From: Hydrurus foetidus
Taxonomy: Eukaryota
Assembly: GCA_900617105.1 (NCBI GenBank)
Contig: UYFQ01000509.1
Span: 1-64,000 of the forward strand
Reading direction: 5' to 3'
DNA length: 64,000 bases
The position numbers and the translations under genes are program-made. The notes beneath the pieces are model-generated. The model ran no database searches and had not been told where the DNA came from. It was given only the letters and a program-made list of their open reading frames with translations. Below are positions 58,754-64,000 of the stretch, one piece after another (within the stretch, counting starts at the first letter, position 1; each line of letters begins with the position of its first letter).

Positions 58754-61700
58754 TTATTCGGGTTGTAGAGGTTGTTTTAATTTTTGTCTAAACCTTGTTA
58801 AATATTTCAAAACCGTTTCGTCTCTAGAAGTGTCTTTTACGATTTTCACAACTTCACTGACTGACATCATTCCAGCCGTTCCTGGAATGTTGGTTCCAGT
58901 TCCTGCTGTTGAGCTGTTGGCTGTATTGCTTACGGCTGAAGAATGAGAACTGCTTACGGCTGATAACAGACACTCCCTAAGAAATACGAATGTTCAATGA
59001 ACTGATCAGAAATGAAAATTCCAAATACATCATCATGCAATTTGATTTTGGAAGTAGGTTTGCAGTCAGAGCACTTGAAGATCATATTTATTGATGTCAC
59101 AAAGAGCATAGTCGTAATTACTTGCAGTCATATTTCAGGACATCATATATCTGTTGTAAGAAATTTCAGATATGCAAACAAGAATAAAAGTCAACGCTAC
59201 AATTTAAATCGGAATGACTTCATTAAAAGACAACACATTCAAATAAAATGCAATACTACTATCTTAAATCATAACGAAGACAATACAAATAAAAGCATGG
59301 TATGACAGTACCTGCAAGAAGGATATACAGCCATTGTCCCCAAGGAGAACAATGCGATTCTCTGTGTGGGTAGATCCGTCTCAACCAAAACAGCTCTCAG
59401 CAATGTTAGAGGCACTTTGACCCGTGCCATCTCTGAGGCAAGGATACCTCCATTACGAACGAGATTGCCGATAGCACCTGCTGCATTAGCTCGTGTTTTT
59501 TCATCGGGTTCATATTCGGATGCGGATGCGAGGAGGGGAATGGAGCAGTGGAGGAAGGGGTAGAGCTCTTCGGAGTGGAAGGCCGCATTACCCACGGCAA
59601 AACATGCAAACTTACGCGTACTAGCGTCTTCGTCAGCGCAGCAAGCGGTGAGGAGGGTTAGAGGGGAGCAGGGGTAGGTGATCGCGTTCATTGACGAGGT
59701 AGAATGAGAAGTAGAAGTGGTGTCGTGTTTTTCAGCCGTGACGTATGCGGCGAGAATCGGGTAAAATCGGCCGGAATGACGGCATAGGTTTCCGATTAAA
59801 TTGCAACACTTTGCCCTTACTGATACGCTTTTCTGTGAGATAAAAAATACAAATAATGGAGCACGTCAAATGAAAATTTTTGAAGGCTTATCATATTAGA
59901 TACTCTTCAATAATAATACGTTAAACGATCGATGTCGATCATGATAAACAGATTCCATGATGCATGTTGTGACCTATTTACTTTAAAGTTTATTCAGACT
60001 CCAGATAAAAAGTACAAGCTACTTAGTCACGCATCATATTCATCACTTCTGAGAACAAGAAAAAGGCACGTACCTTGGAAAGGAGCTGTATGATACGTAG
60101 CGGTGTGAAAATGACCTGCAGCACTTGGAAATGCTTTTCACTGTGTCGCGCCAGATGGGAAGACATCTGCAACATACACACTGTAACTTGCTCCTCCGCA
60201 TTAACCTCTCTCTCCCTTTCTCTGTCTTTTTCTCTGCTCGTACGTACTTCACGTATATCCCTTCTGTTCTCACACACAGACGCGCTACCACCAGCTTCAA
60301 CCACAACCTCCAATCCACCCCACTCCACGAACTGGGCCATGAATTTGGAAGATGTAAGTACGAGTTCGGAAAGTACGTGCACGATAGACGCAACAACACG
60401 TCCAGATAATTTTTTCTTCGTATTCAACGCCTGTAATAAACATTTTATCAATTGCGTTCTGTATACCCCCTCTAATATCTTCTGACTGTCTTGCGCTGCT
60501 ACTGTAGTGCCGGCAGAGGGATTGGATGGGGAAGGTTGAGGTGCGCTTATGGCGGCCATCAATATTTTCAAAATATCACTTGCACTCTCTAGTATCCCGT
60601 CAATCACACTGCATTCACAATCTGGAATCAAGAGGTCCAGGGTCCCTCTCACGCCCCATTGTTGACAATAATCCAAATGTAGCGGTGAACATACTAAAGA
60701 TAACAATCCGGCCAATCCTTCGTGGTTAGCAAATGCCAGAATTGACAACATATGTGTTCGAGTTGAATTTTCTTTCTCCCCTTTTTCACTTTTGTCCCCC
60801 CTTTCTCCTTTTTCTTTTCCTTTATTTGGAGAATGATTTGGTGTGTTAGCAAGTGAAGTGTTGGGAGGTGAGAGTATTGACGCGACAAACCGAAGTCCAT
60901 ATAACGATCCCCTGGGGGAAATTTCTCCACTACCCGCTGTTAAAATTTGTTGAGCGACCAATCCTCCTAACGCAAATAAAGTGAGACCTTTGCTTTGAAT
61001 TGGTATGGATGTCTGAGAAGATGTACTTATACTCAATAAAATCAGTGCGCCATCTAATGCACCATCTTCGCCTGAACAGCCTCTCAACGCAGAAGTATTA
61101 TCAGATAATTCTTTTTCTTTATTATTCCCTGCGTAAGATAACAGTCTTGACAGAGCCTTCATAGCAGGCTTGGAAGTTATACCGTTAATTACGGTATAAT
61201 GTAACGTAGAACTTTGTTTTGCGGTGAGAATTGTGGAGAAGTTGAATGATATCAAGTCAGCCAGTACTTGACAACAACACGATATAGTCGTTACATCCGA
61301 TTCGTTGTCGTCATTCTCCCAGTCCAACACACCCAATTCGCTAAAACAAAAAATAGACGCCTGTGCGCAGCTCACTAATTGCGCATACGTCAGAGTTGAA
61401 CTTGAACTTGAAGTTGGGTTGTCAATGGTGGAAATCGAACCAGCGACCTTGATCAAACTGTGCATTACACGTAGAGCCATAATCTGAGAAAACACATCAA
61501 CATTTCCCTCTGTTCTCGACTGCATTTGTAGTACGTCTTGCAGGGCTAGTAAGGAAGAGCCTTTTCGATATTTTGTAATGCGCAGAGATAGGTCAGTATT
61601 GCTGTTGTTGTTTTTGTTGTTGCTGCTGCATGCGCAGATGAGAGCGAGGACTTGAGTGATGGCCTGTCTTATCGTAAGAGAATCCCTATTGAAAACATCA

Positions 61701-64000
61701 ATATCATAAGTTGTTGAGTTATCAAATTCAATGCGCTGTATGTAACGAGAGGAAGAAAATATACAAATGCAAGTATGGCATCATGATTAGCATATCGAAG
61801 TGGCAGACAATATAATGTAATGGATACTTTAGACCTGTTGAGAGAATACAATGCACTGTATTACAGGAGCAGAATAAAATGGTTCCTGTATAGTATGGGG
61901 GCACCACACTAAAAAGGAACCATTTTGTTCTGCTCCCGTAATATGTAACAAATGTAAGTAAATACAAAGGTGTAACATCATAATTCGTTAACAAATAATA
62001 CACACTATGAGAAATATAAAAGTACATCAACAGGTGTTATTATAGCATCATAATCCATACGACTTACAGTGCTGATGATTGGTGTGTAGCATGTCGTTGA
62101 GATGGCGTGCCCTCTCTACACACGATGGATAGCATATGCAACATACGATGCAACAATCTCCCTCCACCGTTTCCATTTCCGTTATTATTGCCATTTCCGT
62201 TATTACCGTTCTGGTTATTACCGTTTTGGTCAACATTGTCACTGCACATTTTACTAACGATAATATTTCCCAATATTTTCTGCCTGCCAAATATCGTACG
62301 TCCATTCTGTACGGACACATTCTCCTCTCTCTCCTTTTCTCTATCTTTTTCTTTATCTCTGTTTTTGCCCTTTAGGGTGAGTAGTAGCGGCATATCAAGT
62401 ACGTCATCATCGACATTGTGTGACGTCACAGATGCAGAGCAATTAATGAAAGAACTCAAAGTGACAAATATTTCCGCATCTAAATATCTCCAATCAGCGT
62501 CTATTACTCCACTTGTGTCTGCTCCAACTTCAACTTCAACATTGTTTTCAAGCGTGGCGGATAATTGATTAAAATGATGAGAAGATCTGTCAGCCGGTCC
62601 TAATGTCAGACAATCCAATAGTAGGGAAGGAATCTGTTGCGACAGAAGCATGTTCAGAGATTCTGCATAAGACCATTTACTGTTTTTTTGTCCGTCTTTT
62701 AGACCGAATCTATTCGACCCCCTGTTTCTCTCATTGTTCTGATCGCGATTTACATCCCGTTTTGAGGGCAAAAAACAGTCAACCGCTCTTACAACAGATG
62801 ATAGCAGTTGCACTGTAAGACATTGCTGATCAGATCCCAGAAAAAATATGTCCGATAATACCGTATCCGGTCTAAGATCCACGGTAGTATCCGGCCGATT
62901 ACGGCAATTTAGTACGTCAGTAATGAGGGATACAATATACCATCTGTCCACATTGGTCAACTCCTCTCCAAAGGGGGAATTCAGAATGGCAATTATGAGT
63001 GTGATAATGTCGTGCAGTGCGGTGCACCACTGTGCACTGCATCGAGATTGTATAGAGCCATTAGAGCCCTTTTGAGAAGTTATCAAATGCACGATTAACT
63101 CTCCTGATTTTAGTAGTATGGGAATATGACTGCAAACTAGCCGCGTAACTTTTGTGACAGAAGATGAGATTCTTTCTTTGTTATAATCTCCATTGACTTC
63201 TATAACACATCGGTCTACAGCAGCTTTGCTGATGCAAATGGCGTACTTAAAAGCAGTCGCTGTCTTAATGTAATCCAGCAATATCAAGGCGTCTCTGTTA
63301 CTCTTGTCCACTGCCATAACTTGATCGATTAATCGGGCGTATTTGCATGTGTATTCATCATCAGATAAATCGATTAAAAAGTTCTCAGATGTCATTTCTC
63401 TTCCTTCTCTCCATATCACAGAGTTGTGTAATTTCTCCCAGTATAAAACATCAGCTGCGAATGTCTTTCCTTCCTTTTCTGATGTGACTTTTCCAAGGGG
63501 TTGAAGATCGATGTCCATGATAGAAACGGAATCTCTACTCTGTGCCAGTAATTCACGTGCGTGTGTATTGCCTGATGGACTTACGTCATCATCATCTTCA
63601 TATGCATCCACTGAATAATCCTGAGAGACTGAATTTGTCAATTCTTTTCTGTGCATTTCGCCATTTCCTTTATTCCCTTTCTTCTCGTGAGTGCTATCAG
63701 TTCTACTTTCATACCCTTCTTTGTTTTCTTCTTCCACTTCTGGAACCACCTCACTCTCCTGCTCAAAGTCAGATGAAGAAGCTGCGTACGACTCGTACGT
63801 ACCACTAGCGCCACTTAAGTTATTCACGTGAGGGCTACCATCGCTCTTGATAGATGACTCATTCACCCTATTGTCCTCCATCTCATAGCTGTTGACACTG
63901 TCATTCCTTGCCACGTTACGGTTGGCACCATTTCTCCTATTCTCTTCCTCAAGTGACGCTGCTCGTGCTGCTGCTTGTGCCTCCATTTCTCTCTCCCTTT
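58754..64000 (-). CDS. STK36: Fused/STK36/TIO-like protein, C-terminal ARM/HEAT region; 5' end (kinase domain) lies beyond the window
   Basis: RAKCCNLIGNLCRHS, DASTRKFACFAVGNAAFHS and DEKTRANAAGAIGNLVRN motifs; long exons 62064-63986 and 60023-61660; stop at 58754. Confidence 0.85.

Overview
Eukaryotic, intron-rich nuclear DNA (GT-AG introns, microsatellite-filled introns, AT-rich spacers). It is probably from a flagellated, plastid-bearing stramenopile; this is inferred from a CoDi-like Copia element, Fused/STK36 and a DusA with a signal-peptide leader. Positions 3288-15737 hold a complete Ty1/Copia LTR retrotransposon (5-bp TSD) with a younger chromodomain Ty3/Gypsy element (identical LTRs) nested in its gag. 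Neither element has a tRNA-type primer-binding site, and the Copia PBS position is exactly complementary to a sequence inside its own LTR, which is the geometry of Tf1-type self-priming. Host genes: Zn-dependent alcohol dehydrogenase, sulfotransferase, an intronless GC-rich bacterial-like DUF1349 gene (candidate horizontal transfer), a 14-kb receptor-like subtilase with an intronic tRNA-Lys(CTT), an RBR E3 ligase, an AzgA/NCS2 permease, two hypothetical proteins, DusA, a Tudor-less SMN, and the 3' part of Fused/STK36. Three non-autonomous inverted-repeat elements are also present. Several single-base frameshifts fall in homopolymers and look like long-read consensus errors. Exon boundaries were read by eye and are approximate.
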